Assembly (NCBI GenBank): GCA_016195325.1
Contig: JACPZX010000067.1
Location: forward strand, 15,559 to 79,558
Source of the DNA: Acidobacteriota bacterium
GTDB lineage: Bacteria; Acidobacteriota; Polarisedimenticolia; JACPZX01
Direction: 5' to 3'
Length of the DNA: 64,000 nt
Position 1 is the first letter of the stretch, and each line of letters starts with the position of its first letter. The position numbers and the translations under genes are program-made. This document shows, piece after piece, positions 56,036 to 64,000 of this stretch. The notes under the pieces are model-generated. The model did not search any database and had not been told where the DNA came from. It saw only the letters and a program-made list of their open reading frames with translations.

Positions 56036-56398
56036 TCAGCCCGAGGGCTCCGGCCGGAAATACCTCCCCTGGCTCCGTCGCCGCGCGTCGCGGAGCAGGT
56101 CGAGGATCTTCCGGAGCAGGCTGACGCTGTCGCCGCAGATGTGCAGAAAGCCCGTGGCCTCGTCGCGAAGGTAAAAGGTGGTGACGGAGGAGAAGATGTA
56201 GATCCGGCCCCCGATATCGACCTTCCCGCGCTCCCCTGCCGAAGCCCGCAAGATCATCAGGGTCGCCGGATCCACCCGCCCTTCTCCTCCGCCGACGAAC
56301 CTTCTCGTCGTTTCACCACCCATCTCGTCATTCTCCTTGGGGCCGTCGTGCCGCCGCCCGCCGCTCGACTTGACGTCCGTCTTCACGGGGGAGTACAA
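56036..56398 (-). CDS. hypothetical small protein
   Basis: 120 aa (or about 95 aa from the internal Met). It contains GKVDIGGRIYIFSSVTTFYLRDEATGFLHICGDSVSLLRKILDLL and has no confident family match. It is followed by a terminator-like hairpin. Confidence 0.35.
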   Translation of the reverse strand: MYSPVKTDVKSSGGRRHDGPKENDEMGGETTRRFVGGGEGRVDPATLMILRASAGERGKVDIGGRIYIFSSVTTFYLRDEATGFLHICGDSVSLLRKILDLLRDARRRSQGRYFRPEPSG

Positions 56399-56595
56399 AG
56401 CAACGGCGGTGCCAGTCGCGGACTTCCATTGGGAATGATTGAGAGAAGGGCGGCAACGCCCATGGGCGGCGCGACTTGGAGAGTGGCCGCGGAGCGGCGC
56501 GGGGACACGAAGAGCGCCGCCGGGGCACCGGCAGCCGGTCGCCGGCGGACACGCGCGTGGAACGCGTGTCGCGCCGCGTTACGGAGTCCGGGGGA

Positions 56596-57702
56596 TCAGC
56601 CCTTCGCGGGCTTCGGGAGCGTCGGCGGATCCTTCTTCTTGAAGCCGGCGGGAGGCTCGAAGGCGTCGGCGGGGGCCGGCGAGGTGGTGATCGACGTGAC
56701 CTCCGTCGTCGTGCCGAAGACCTTCTTCATTCCGTCCGCGGCCCCCTCGGATCCCTTCGCGGCGCCCGACGGCTTGTCGGACGAGTCGTCCGACTTCTTC
56801 TTGCCGAAGAGCCCCTTGAACGCCTGCTTCATCGCCGCGCCGGGGTTCCCCTGCTCGCCCCCTTCACCGGAGTCCATGAGGCCGCAGTCCCCCCCCTTTT
56901 CGATCTGGAGGCGCGATCGCACGGGATACCCCTGGGCCTTCGCGAGCTCCTTCCCCACCCCCTCGAGCCCCTCGGCGAACTGGGACATCAGTCCCTTCGC
57001 CGCCTGGGCCATCTGCTTCGCGCTCTCGGGGTCGATCCCCATCGCCGCGGCCTGCCGGATCATGTAGTCGCGCGCTTCCTTCATGGGGGCGGTCAGCGGC
57101 GTCTGCCAGTAGTCGGCGGTGTAGACGACATGGCACGTCTTCTTCTCGTCCTGCGTGTTGTGGCACTGCTGGTCGCCGGTCACGACGACGTGTGTCGCAT
57201 CGAACCCGTTGATCGCCTGCTTCTCACCGGTGGTCTTCGCGGAAAACTTCACGGGATCGCACGTCACCGGAGGCGGCCCCGCCTGGCCAGACTTCGCCCC
57301 GTCCTGCGTCGCCTGCATCTGGGCCATCGCGTCGGCGGCCGCCTGCTGGCTCTGCTTGAAGAGATCGAACGGGAGCTCCTGGTACGACTTGTCGTTGTAC
57401 GAGACGGCGTAGATGACCTTTCGATCGAGGCGGAAGATCTGCGCGGACTTGAACCCCTCCTCGCCGCCGAAGTGCTTCATGAACTTTCCGGTGGCCTTGC
57501 TCGTCCCCTCCATCCGGCTCTTGTCTCCCGAGATGACGAGGACGCTGGTCCCCTCGCTCCCCATCATCCCGCTCTCCCCGAACCCGTCGAACTTCGTCGT
57601 CTCCTGAATCGTGACGTCCGCGCGCGGCGCGGAGAGCGTGGCGGCGAGGGCGAGCGCGGCGACGGCGGCGGCGCGCGAACTGCGGGTTCGAATCGTCAGC
57701 AT
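56596..57702 (-). CDS. hypothetical secreted protein, K/Q/M/G-rich, lower GC
   Basis: Signal peptide AAVAALALAATLSAPRA. The central region is Q/A/M-rich (QQAAADAMAQMQATQ), there is a CxxxxxxxxC pair, and the C-terminal tail is Lys/Gly/Ser-rich (GKKKSDDSSDKPSGAAKGSEG). Confidence 0.5.
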   Translation of the reverse strand: MLTIRTRSSRAAAVAALALAATLSAPRADVTIQETTKFDGFGESGMMGSEGTSVLVISGDKSRMEGTSKATGKFMKHFGGEEGFKSAQIFRLDRKVIYAVSYNDKSYQELPFDLFKQSQQAAADAMAQMQATQDGAKSGQAGPPPVTCDPVKFSAKTTGEKQAINGFDATHVVVTGDQQCHNTQDEKKTCHVVYTADYWQTPLTAPMKEARDYMIRQAAAMGIDPESAKQMAQAAKGLMSQFAEGLEGVGKELAKAQGYPVRSRLQIEKGGDCGLMDSGEGGEQGNPGAAMKQAFKGLFGKKKSDDSSDKPSGAAKGSEGAADGMKKVFGTTTEVTSITTSPAPADAFEPPAGFKKKDPPTLPKPAKG

Positions 57703-57736
57703 GGCTCCTCCAGGGGGTCAAGGGCGGTGCGGCGGT

Positions 57737-59032
57737 TCACTGGATGAAGTTCTTGTACACGTCGAGAGAGATGACCGTGCCCATCAGGAGCAGCAGGAGC
57801 ACCAGGCCGACCTGCATCACGCGCTCCTTCACCATGGTGCTCAGGTTCCGGCGCATCACCCCCTCGAGCCCGAGGATGAAGATGTGCCCCCCGTCGAGAA
57901 TCGGGATGGGCAGCAGGTTGATGACGCCGAGCTGCAGGCTGATGATCGCCATGAACTGGAAATACGCGATCACGCCCCCCTTCCACGCCTCTCCGGTGAA
58001 CTTGTAGATGTCGATGGGCCCCGAGAGCGTCCTCGGCGAGAGCTGTCCGGTGAAGAGCTTGCGGAGCGTCGCGAAGAGAACGCCGGCCGAGCGCCAGTTC
58101 AACTTCACGCTCTCGCCCACAGCCTGGGCCGGACCGAACTTCTTGAGCACGGATTCGGGGACGAGCGCGAGCCCGGGATCGCTCCGGCCGCCGTCGAGCC
58201 CCTTCGGCACGACCGACTTCACGACATCCTCCGCCCCCCGTCGGACGACGATGGCGACCGGCGCCCCGTGGTTCTCGAAGAGCGCCTTCGAGACCGCCTC
58301 GAGGTGCGATCCCACGTCGAGCCCCGCCACCGTGACGACCAGGTCACCCTCCAGGAGGCCCGCGTGCGCCGCGGGGCCGACGGGATCGACGGAGGCGAGC
58401 TTCACTCCCGAGAAGTACGGCTGAACCCCGACGCGCCCCATCGCCTCCCGCTCGGTCTCGCCGATCGTGACCGTGAGCGTCGTCTCGGCCCCGCCGCGCA
58501 TCACGCGGATGGGCAGCCGCTTGCCGGGGTTGAGCGCCACGGCGAGCTGGAGATCGTTCCACGTGCGCGTCTCGCGGTCCCCCACGGAGAGAACGCGATC
58601 CATGACCTCGAGTCCGCCCTTCTCCGCCGGCGACCCCTTCTCGACCGCGCCGACGACGGGAGGGTCCTCGATGTACTTCGCGACCGGGACGCCGTGCATG
58701 TAGATGCCCGCGATGATGGCGACGGCGAGGACGATGTTGAGCGAGGCCCCCATCACGAGCACGGCGAATCGCTCGAGCCGCGACCGGCTCTGGAACTCCT
58801 CGGGGCTCCCCTGCAGCTCGTCGTCCGGATTCTCCCCCATCATCTTGACGTAGCCGCCGAGGGGGAGCGCCGAGATCCGGTAGTCGGTGTGGCCCCGGCG
58901 GCGGCCGAAGAGCCGCGGGCCGAAGCCCAGCGAGAAGACCTCGAAGCGGATGCCGACGAGCTTGGCGACGACGAAGTGCCCGAACTCATGGATGAAGATA
59001 AGCACGCCGAGGATGAAGACCGTGGCGAGCAT
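57737..59032 (-). CDS. rseP: RIP zinc metalloprotease RseP (site-2 protease, M50)
   Basis: MLATVFILGVLIFIHEFGHF contains the HExxH in TM1. There is a PDZ domain and the LDG motif NLLPIPILDGGH. Confidence 0.9.
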   Translation of the reverse strand: MLATVFILGVLIFIHEFGHFVVAKLVGIRFEVFSLGFGPRLFGRRRGHTDYRISALPLGGYVKMMGENPDDELQGSPEEFQSRSRLERFAVLVMGASLNIVLAVAIIAGIYMHGVPVAKYIEDPPVVGAVEKGSPAEKGGLEVMDRVLSVGDRETRTWNDLQLAVALNPGKRLPIRVMRGGAETTLTVTIGETEREAMGRVGVQPYFSGVKLASVDPVGPAAHAGLLEGDLVVTVAGLDVGSHLEAVSKALFENHGAPVAIVVRRGAEDVVKSVVPKGLDGGRSDPGLALVPESVLKKFGPAQAVGESVKLNWRSAGVLFATLRKLFTGQLSPRTLSGPIDIYKFTGEAWKGGVIAYFQFMAIISLQLGVINLLPIPILDGGHIFILGLEGVMRRNLSTMVKERVMQVGLVLLLLLMGTVISLDVYKNFIQ

Positions 59033-59055
59033 GTTGGTGATGCTGAATGTCAGGC

Positions 59056-60285
59056 TCACGAATGCACGCTCCTGCCGGCGCCCCGGCCGCGGAGGACCGC
59101 CGCCGACGCCGCCTCCCGGGCCCACGCGTCGGCTCGCACGACGGTGGCGAGGTCCCTCGCCTCCTCGACGCGGTGCCGGTCCATGGCCCCCTCGATAATC
59201 GCGGGAATATCGAGGAAGCCCAGCCGCGTGTCAAGAAAAGCCTGCACGGCGATCTCGTTCGCGGCGTTGAGAACGGCGGGCATCGTGCCGCCCGACTCCA
59301 GGGCGCGGTACCCCAGGTCGAGACAGCGGAACGTCCCCCTGTCCGGCATCGCGAAGGTCAGCGGCCCCAGCGTCCTCAGGTCGAGGCCCTGGATCGGCGA
59401 GACCCACCGGTCGGGCCACGTCAGCGCGTACTGAATCGGGTGCCGCATGTCCGTGCGGGACATCTGGCTGATGATCGCGCCGTCCGCGTACTCCACCATC
59501 GAGTGGACGATCGACTGAGGGTGGACGACGACCTCGATCCGATCGAGCGGCACGCCGAACAGATGGTGGGCCTCGATCACCTCGAGCCCCTTGTTCATCA
59601 GCGTCGCCGAGTCGATGGAGATCTTCCTCCCCATCTGCCACGTGGGGTGCTTGAGCGCCTGCTCCGGGGTCACGTCGGCGAGATCCCTCGCGCTCTTCCC
59701 GAGGAAAGGCCCCCCCGACGCCGTCAGGATCAGCCGCGCGACTTCCGGCGCCGCGCCGGCGCGGAGACACTGGTGCAGGGCGTTGTGCTCCGAGTCGACC
59801 GGAAGAAGCGTCGCGCCGCTCCTCGCCGCCATCGAGATCATGACCGGGCCGGCGACGACAAGGGCCTCCTTGTTGGCGAGCGCGACCACGCGCCCCGCTC
59901 GGACGGCCTCGAACGTCGGAGCGAGCCCGGCGGCGCCGACGATTCCGGCGACGACCACCTCGACGTCCGCGTGCGCCGCACACCTCACCGCCCCGTCCTC
60001 GCCGTGGACCACCTGCGTCGCGCCGCGCCCCCAGGCGCTCGCCGCGGCAGTCCCCCACTGCGCCGGGTCTCCGAGAGCCGCGCGGAGCCTAGCCGCCGAC
60101 TCCGCCGTCGCGACGGAGGCGAGCGCGGGCCGGAACCGCTTCACCTGTTCCGCCAGCCGATCGACGTTTCCCCCCGCCGCGAGGGTGACGACGCGGAAGC
60201 TCCCGGGAAACCGCTCGATCAGATCGAGCGTGCTCACGCCGATGGAGCCCGTCGAGCCGAGAAGCGCGATGTTCCTGGGTGTCAT
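59056..60285 (-). CDS. dxr: 1-deoxy-D-xylulose 5-phosphate reductoisomerase
   Basis: IALLGSTGSIGVSTLDL (NADPH fold)...LANKEALV...LPVDSEHNAL...ASGGPF is a full-length Dxr. Confidence 0.95.
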   Translation of the reverse strand: MTPRNIALLGSTGSIGVSTLDLIERFPGSFRVVTLAAGGNVDRLAEQVKRFRPALASVATAESAARLRAALGDPAQWGTAAASAWGRGATQVVHGEDGAVRCAAHADVEVVVAGIVGAAGLAPTFEAVRAGRVVALANKEALVVAGPVMISMAARSGATLLPVDSEHNALHQCLRAGAAPEVARLILTASGGPFLGKSARDLADVTPEQALKHPTWQMGRKISIDSATLMNKGLEVIEAHHLFGVPLDRIEVVVHPQSIVHSMVEYADGAIISQMSRTDMRHPIQYALTWPDRWVSPIQGLDLRTLGPLTFAMPDRGTFRCLDLGYRALESGGTMPAVLNAANEIAVQAFLDTRLGFLDIPAIIEGAMDRHRVEEARDLATVVRADAWAREAASAAVLRGRGAGRSVHS

Positions 60286-60302
60286 CGAGGTCTCCGGTTC
60301 CG

Positions 60303-61100
60303 TCAGACCATGAACGCGCGATAGTAGAAGAAGAGGACGGGAGCGCCGAAGAGGAGCGAGTCCGCCCGGTCGAGCATTCCGCCGTGCCCCGGGAAGAGCG
60401 CGCCGGTGTCCTTGAGGCTCGCGGATCGCTTGAGGAGCGATTCGCACAGGTCCCCGGCGAGTCCGGCGATCCACAGCAGCACCGCGAGGGCGATCGCGTC
60501 GCGCGCCCCCAGCTTCTGGAAGAACCACAGCTTCGCGACCCACGCGGCGAGAACGCTCGCGACGAGCCCGGCGCACGCCCCCTCGATCGTCTTCTTCGGA
60601 GAGATGGTCGGCGCCAGGGGGTGCCGCCCGATCCAGGAGCCGAAGCCGTAGGCCCCGGCGTCCGCGATCCAGACGACGAGCAGCAGGAAGATCGTGAGAT
60701 CCCTTCCCATCTCGTCCCCCGAGCCCATCAGGCCGGCGACGTACCCGAAGGTGACGCCCAGGAAGAGGACGCCGGCGAGGGTCGCGCTCATCGACTCGAA
60801 CGCCCCCTGCACGGCGGCGCGCGAGACGAGGAGCCTTCCCGGCACGAGGATCGCGGCGGCCGCCAGCGCAGCCCCGAGGCCGATCCGCGGCTCGACGAAG
60901 CTCGCGATGACGGCGAGCGTGAGCGCGGCGCCGAGGACGGGATCGGCGTGAATGCCCCTCTGCTTCGCCATGAGATGGAACTCCCACGTGGCGATGATCG
61001 CCGCGACGCCGACGAGGGCGAAGAAGTACCTGGGGTCGAGGTATCGGACGATGACGAAGAGGACGGGCAGCCCGATCGCGGCCGTGGCGAGCCTTTTCAA
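60303..61100 (-). CDS. cdsA: phosphatidate cytidylyltransferase
   Basis: TTG start overlaps the uppS stop. The C-terminal signature is SPKKTIEGACAGLVASV...KRSASLKDTGALFPGHGGMLDRADSLLF. Confidence 0.85.
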   Translation of the reverse strand: MKRLATAAIGLPVLFVIVRYLDPRYFFALVGVAAIIATWEFHLMAKQRGIHADPVLGAALTLAVIASFVEPRIGLGAALAAAAILVPGRLLVSRAAVQGAFESMSATLAGVLFLGVTFGYVAGLMGSGDEMGRDLTIFLLLVVWIADAGAYGFGSWIGRHPLAPTISPKKTIEGACAGLVASVLAAWVAKLWFFQKLGARDAIALAVLLWIAGLAGDLCESLLKRSASLKDTGALFPGHGGMLDRADSLLFGAPVLFFYYRAFMV

Positions 61101-61906
61101 ACGACGCGCCTCTTGACCGCGTCCACGCCTCCGTACCGCCGCTCGCGCTTCTGGTAGTCGACGATCGCCTGGAGGAGCTCCTGCGCCCGGAAGTCGGGCC
61201 AGAGCGTGGGCGTCACCCAGATCTCCGCGTACGCGATCTGCCAGAGGAGGAAGTTGCTGATCCGCAGCTCGCCGCTGGTCCGGATGAGAAGATCGGGGTC
61301 GGGCTGCCCCGCCGTGTACAGGTGGGACGCGAAGTCCTCCTCCGTGATGTTCGCGGGGTCCACGTTGCCGGCGCGGGCCGCCTCGAGGAGGCCCCGGCAG
61401 GCGTCGAGGATTTCCGAGCGACCCCCGTACGAGAGCGCGATGTTGAACAGGAGGCCGGTGCAGTGGCGCGTCGCCTCCATCCCGCGCTCGAGGTGCGCGC
61501 GCACCGACGGATCGAGCTCGTGGAACCGGCCGATGACCTGGAATCGGATGTTGTTCCTGAGGAGAGTCTGGAGCTCGCGCCTCACGTACTCCTTGAGGAG
61601 CGCCATGAGCGTGCTGATCTCGGTCCGCGGGCGCTTCCAGTTCTCCTGCGAGAAGGCGTAGAGGGTCAGCACCTTCAGGCCGAGTCGCGCCGACGATTCG
61701 ACGACATCCCGCACGGCGTCGATCCCCGCGCGATGCCCCGCGACGCGCGGGAGCCTTCGGGACGTCGCCCACCGGCCGTTCCCGTCCATGATGATTGCGA
61801 CGTGCGCGGGCAGGCGCTCGAAGTCGATCGAGAGGGCGAGCGCCTCCTCCGGCGAATCCGAACGAAGGAACTCCCTGAGGTCTCGTGGAAGCTTGTCGCT
61901 GGTCAT
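61097..61906 (-). CDS. uppS: undecaprenyl diphosphate synthase
   Basis: HVAIIMDGNGRWA...AFSQENWKRP...ELRISNFLLWQIAYAE are canonical cis-prenyltransferase motifs. Confidence 0.95.
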   Translation of the reverse strand: MTSDKLPRDLREFLRSDSPEEALALSIDFERLPAHVAIIMDGNGRWATSRRLPRVAGHRAGIDAVRDVVESSARLGLKVLTLYAFSQENWKRPRTEISTLMALLKEYVRRELQTLLRNNIRFQVIGRFHELDPSVRAHLERGMEATRHCTGLLFNIALSYGGRSEILDACRGLLEAARAGNVDPANITEEDFASHLYTAGQPDPDLLIRTSGELRISNFLLWQIAYAEIWVTPTLWPDFRAQELLQAIVDYQKRERRYGGVDAVKRRVV

Positions 61907-61966
61907 GATGAACCCCGGGGGCGGGGTGCCGGAACGGGCTGCAAAGCCGTCAAAGGGCGCATCTTA

Positions 61967-62746
61967 TCACCGTGTCGGCGGCGCCGCCAACGGAGCCGGA
62001 GGCGCCCCGTCATAGAGGACGCGCTCGAGGGTGAGGCCGCGCGCGGGGAGGTTCGGGCCGGAGCGCGCCCTGTCCCGCGACCCCAGGACTTCGGTCACCC
62101 ACGCCTCGCTTCGATGCCCGCGTCCCACGTCGAGCAGCGTGCCCGCGATCGTGCGGACCATGTGCTGGAGGAACGAATTCCCCTCCACCGTGTAGGCCAC
62201 GACGTCTCCCTCCGCGGAGATCTCGCTTCGACGCAGATTCTTGATCGGGGTCGACGAGACGTCGCCGGCGGCCTTGAAGGCCGAGAAGTCGTGCTCCCCG
62301 AGGAGCCGCGCCGCGCCCCGTCTCATCGCGTCGATGTCGAGGGGCCCGCGGTGGTGGTGTGCGAAGGGCGCCAGGAAGGGCGAGAGGCGCGCGCCCACCG
62401 CGATCTGGTAGCGGTAGATCCGTGAGGTCGCGCACCTTCGGGCGTGGAACCCCGGGGGCGCCGCCTCGGCCTCACGGGCGGAGATATCCGAGGGGAGGAG
62501 CCCGTTCAGCGCCCGGCGCAACCGCGCCGGCTCCCAGGCGCGCTCCGCATCGAAGCTCGCCACCTGCCCGCGCGCATGCACGCCCGCGTCGGTCCGCGCC
62601 GCCCCCGCCACCAGGAGATCCCGGGAGTCGAAGAGGCTGCGGAGCCGGGCGAGGATCTCCCCCTGAACCGTGGGGAGTCCGGGCTGGACCTGCCAGCCGG
62701 CGAACCTGGTGCCGACGTACTCGAGCGTCAGCTTGTACGTGGGCAT
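61967..62746 (-). CDS. truA: tRNA pseudouridine(38-40) synthase
   Basis: MPTYKLTLEYVGTRFAGWQVQ...AARTDAGVHARGQV contains the catalytic Asp in the RTDAGVHA motif. Confidence 0.9.
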   Translation of the reverse strand: MPTYKLTLEYVGTRFAGWQVQPGLPTVQGEILARLRSLFDSRDLLVAGAARTDAGVHARGQVASFDAERAWEPARLRRALNGLLPSDISAREAEAAPPGFHARRCATSRIYRYQIAVGARLSPFLAPFAHHHRGPLDIDAMRRGAARLLGEHDFSAFKAAGDVSSTPIKNLRRSEISAEGDVVAYTVEGNSFLQHMVRTIAGTLLDVGRGHRSEAWVTEVLGSRDRARSGPNLPARGLTLERVLYDGAPPAPLAAPPTR

Positions 62747-62768
62747 CGCGCGTTCCGCGGAGCGGCGG

Positions 62769-63188
62769 TCAACCCTTCGCCTTCGCCCGCGACATCCGCA
62801 GAATCTCGCGACGGTGCGCCTCACCGACCGGGACGATCGACAGGCGCGAGATGCGCAAGAGATCGAATCCGGCGAGCTTCGGATTCCCCCTCATCTCGGC
62901 GAGGGAGACGCTTCTGACGAGGCGCGAGATCGGCTTCACCCGCACGACGACGCGCTTCGGATCCCCCGCATCCGGATCGGGGTACGGCTCGCTCGCGATC
63001 TTGGCGAGACCGACGACGGACTTCTCGCCGCCCGTGTGATAGAAGAAAGCGTCGTCACCCTTCCGCATGCCGCGGATGTGAATGAGCGCGAGCGCATTGG
63101 TCACGCCGGACCAGACGGTGCCGCCCTCGCGCGTGAGGTCGTCGAAGCTGTAGTGCGTCGGCTCTTCCTTGATCAGCCAGCAGGCCAT
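62769..63188 (-). CDS. EVE (PUA-like) domain protein
   Basis: MACWLIKEEPTHYSFDDL...GMRKGDDAFFYHTGGEKSVVGLAKIASEPYPD is the EVE/Thy28-like signature. Confidence 0.7.
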   Translation of the reverse strand: MACWLIKEEPTHYSFDDLTREGGTVWSGVTNALALIHIRGMRKGDDAFFYHTGGEKSVVGLAKIASEPYPDPDAGDPKRVVVRVKPISRLVRSVSLAEMRGNPKLAGFDLLRISRLSIVPVGEAHRREILRMSRAKAKG

Positions 63189-63205
63189 CGCTCGCTCCCC
63201 ATCCT

Positions 63206-64000
63206 TCATGCGCCTCCCCGCTCGACCGCTCCCTCGGCGGCCGGCGTCTTCCCGGCGTGCCGCCGGTACGCGTACGCGAAGTATGCCGTCACCAGGACCA
63301 TTCCGGGGATCCACCAGGCGAGCCCGACGCCGAGCCCGTACGAGGGCGCGGCCGCGTTCTCGATCGTCAGGTTGTAGGCCCGATCGATCTGCGACGGGAG
63401 AAGGTTTGGGTAGACCCCGGCGGCGGTGCTCGCGAGCCACGAGGCCAGCAAGGTCGCCGAGGCGAAGAACGCCGCCATCTCGCGCCGGCGCACCGTGAAG
63501 TGGCGGCTGAGGACGAGAGCGGCGACCCCCATCGCGGGAAAGAGCCACATCCAGGGGCGCCGTGCGTACCCTTCGGCCACCAGCGGCTGCACGCGAAACG
63601 TGGCGGCCCCGCACAGGGCGCTGAGAAGAGCGAGGGGCCACCAGGCCCGGAGCGCCAGGCCCCGAGAGCGCTCGCGCACGGCGCCCTCGCTCTTGAGGAC
63701 GACCCAATGGGCCCCGTGAAACGCCAGCGCGACGAACGCGGTGGCCCCCGTCAGGAGAGTGTAGAGATCGAGAATCCCCGTTCTCGCGCCCGGACCGGCG
63801 TCGGACCACAGGGGCTCGAAGAAGTACCGGGAGGCGTCCAGCGGCACGCCGCGGATGACGTTTCCCAGGGCGGCGCCGAACGTGAACGCCAGAAGCGCGC
63901 TGGCGAACGAGAAGACGGCATCCCAGAAAGGGATCCAGACGGGGTGATCGACGTGGTTCCGGAACTCGATCGCGATCCCGCGGAGCATCAGGAGCCACAG
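63206..64000 (-). CDS. cydB: cytochrome d ubiquinol oxidase subunit II, 5' end beyond window
   Basis: IAIEFRNH...FGAALGNVIRGVPLD...NAAAPSYGLGVGLAWWIPGMVLVTAYFAYAYR matches CydB. The first Met in the window is internal, and the gene continues past 64000. Confidence 0.8.
   Translation of the reverse strand: MWLLMLRGIAIEFRNHVDHPVWIPFWDAVFSFASALLAFTFGAALGNVIRGVPLDASRYFFEPLWSDAGPGARTGILDLYTLLTGATAFVALAFHGAHWVVLKSEGAVRERSRGLALRAWWPLALLSALCGAATFRVQPLVAEGYARRPWMWLFPAMGVAALVLSRHFTVRRREMAAFFASATLLASWLASTAAGVYPNLLPSQIDRAYNLTIENAAAPSYGLGVGLAWWIPGMVLVTAYFAYAYRRHAGKTPAAEGAVERGGA

Noticed and set aside
1-64000. CRISPR arrays, tRNA/rRNA genes, transposases/integrases, prophage genes
   Set aside because: No regularly spaced direct repeats, no cloverleaf-like GTTCGAATC-type segments in the few intergenic gaps, and no recognisable recombinase or phage structural motifs were seen. 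Coding density leaves almost no room for such elements.

Overview
This is a high-GC (about 70%) bacterial chromosomal segment. The gene content suggests an Acidobacteriota-like Gram-negative organism: MacB/FtsX-type 'ADOP' permease, many GT39/ArnT-like membrane glycosyltransferases, a GldG-type ABC system. That taxonomic call is low confidence. Coding density is very high and most genes are on the minus strand. Long R/G/P-rich antisense ORFs in the six-frame track are GC artefacts.

Recognisable core operons:
- Glycine cleavage: gcvT-gcvH-gcvPA-gcvPB, followed by a MacB-like permease.
- Haem: hemX-like/hemA/hemC/hemD.
- Vitamin B6: MocR(PdxR-like)-pdxS-pdxT.
- Isoprenoid/envelope: uppS-cdsA-dxr-rseP.
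- ruvX-mltG with two proteases.
- Others: truA, orn, dinB, rlmI, maf, and a cydB fragment at the window end.

Accessory and unusual content:
1. A secreted fusion of a degenerate 5'-nucleotidase-like metallophosphoesterase with a tetrahaem c-type cytochrome. The reading frame is interrupted by a single in-frame TGA inside the metal-ligand motif. A stable hairpin lies just downstream, so this is a selenocysteine, pseudogene, or sequencing-error candidate.
2. Two genes (gcvT and the MacB-like permease) have conserved N-termini encoded upstream of any ATG/GTG/TTG. Both begin at CTGAGC preceded by a Shine-Dalgarno, which points to CUG initiation.
3. A P-II-like protein paired with a tandem-DUF1538 membrane protein, overlapping dinB.
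4. A c-di-GMP-receptor-like (MshEN / GspE N-terminal) protein co-operonic with a PMT/GT39-like membrane protein. It is one of four such paralogs in 64 kb.
5. A pilus/DNA-uptake islet: a 633-aa PilX_N protein, a low-GC Avd-like four-helix-bundle protein, a FimT/GspH-like pseudopilin, and ComEA.
6. An ECF sigma/anti-sigma pair divergent from a DoxX-cupredoxin fusion.
7. A DUF4340-GldG-ABC2-ATPase transporter with a near-consensus sigma70 promoter.

No rRNA, tRNA, CRISPR array, transposase or integrase was recognised.
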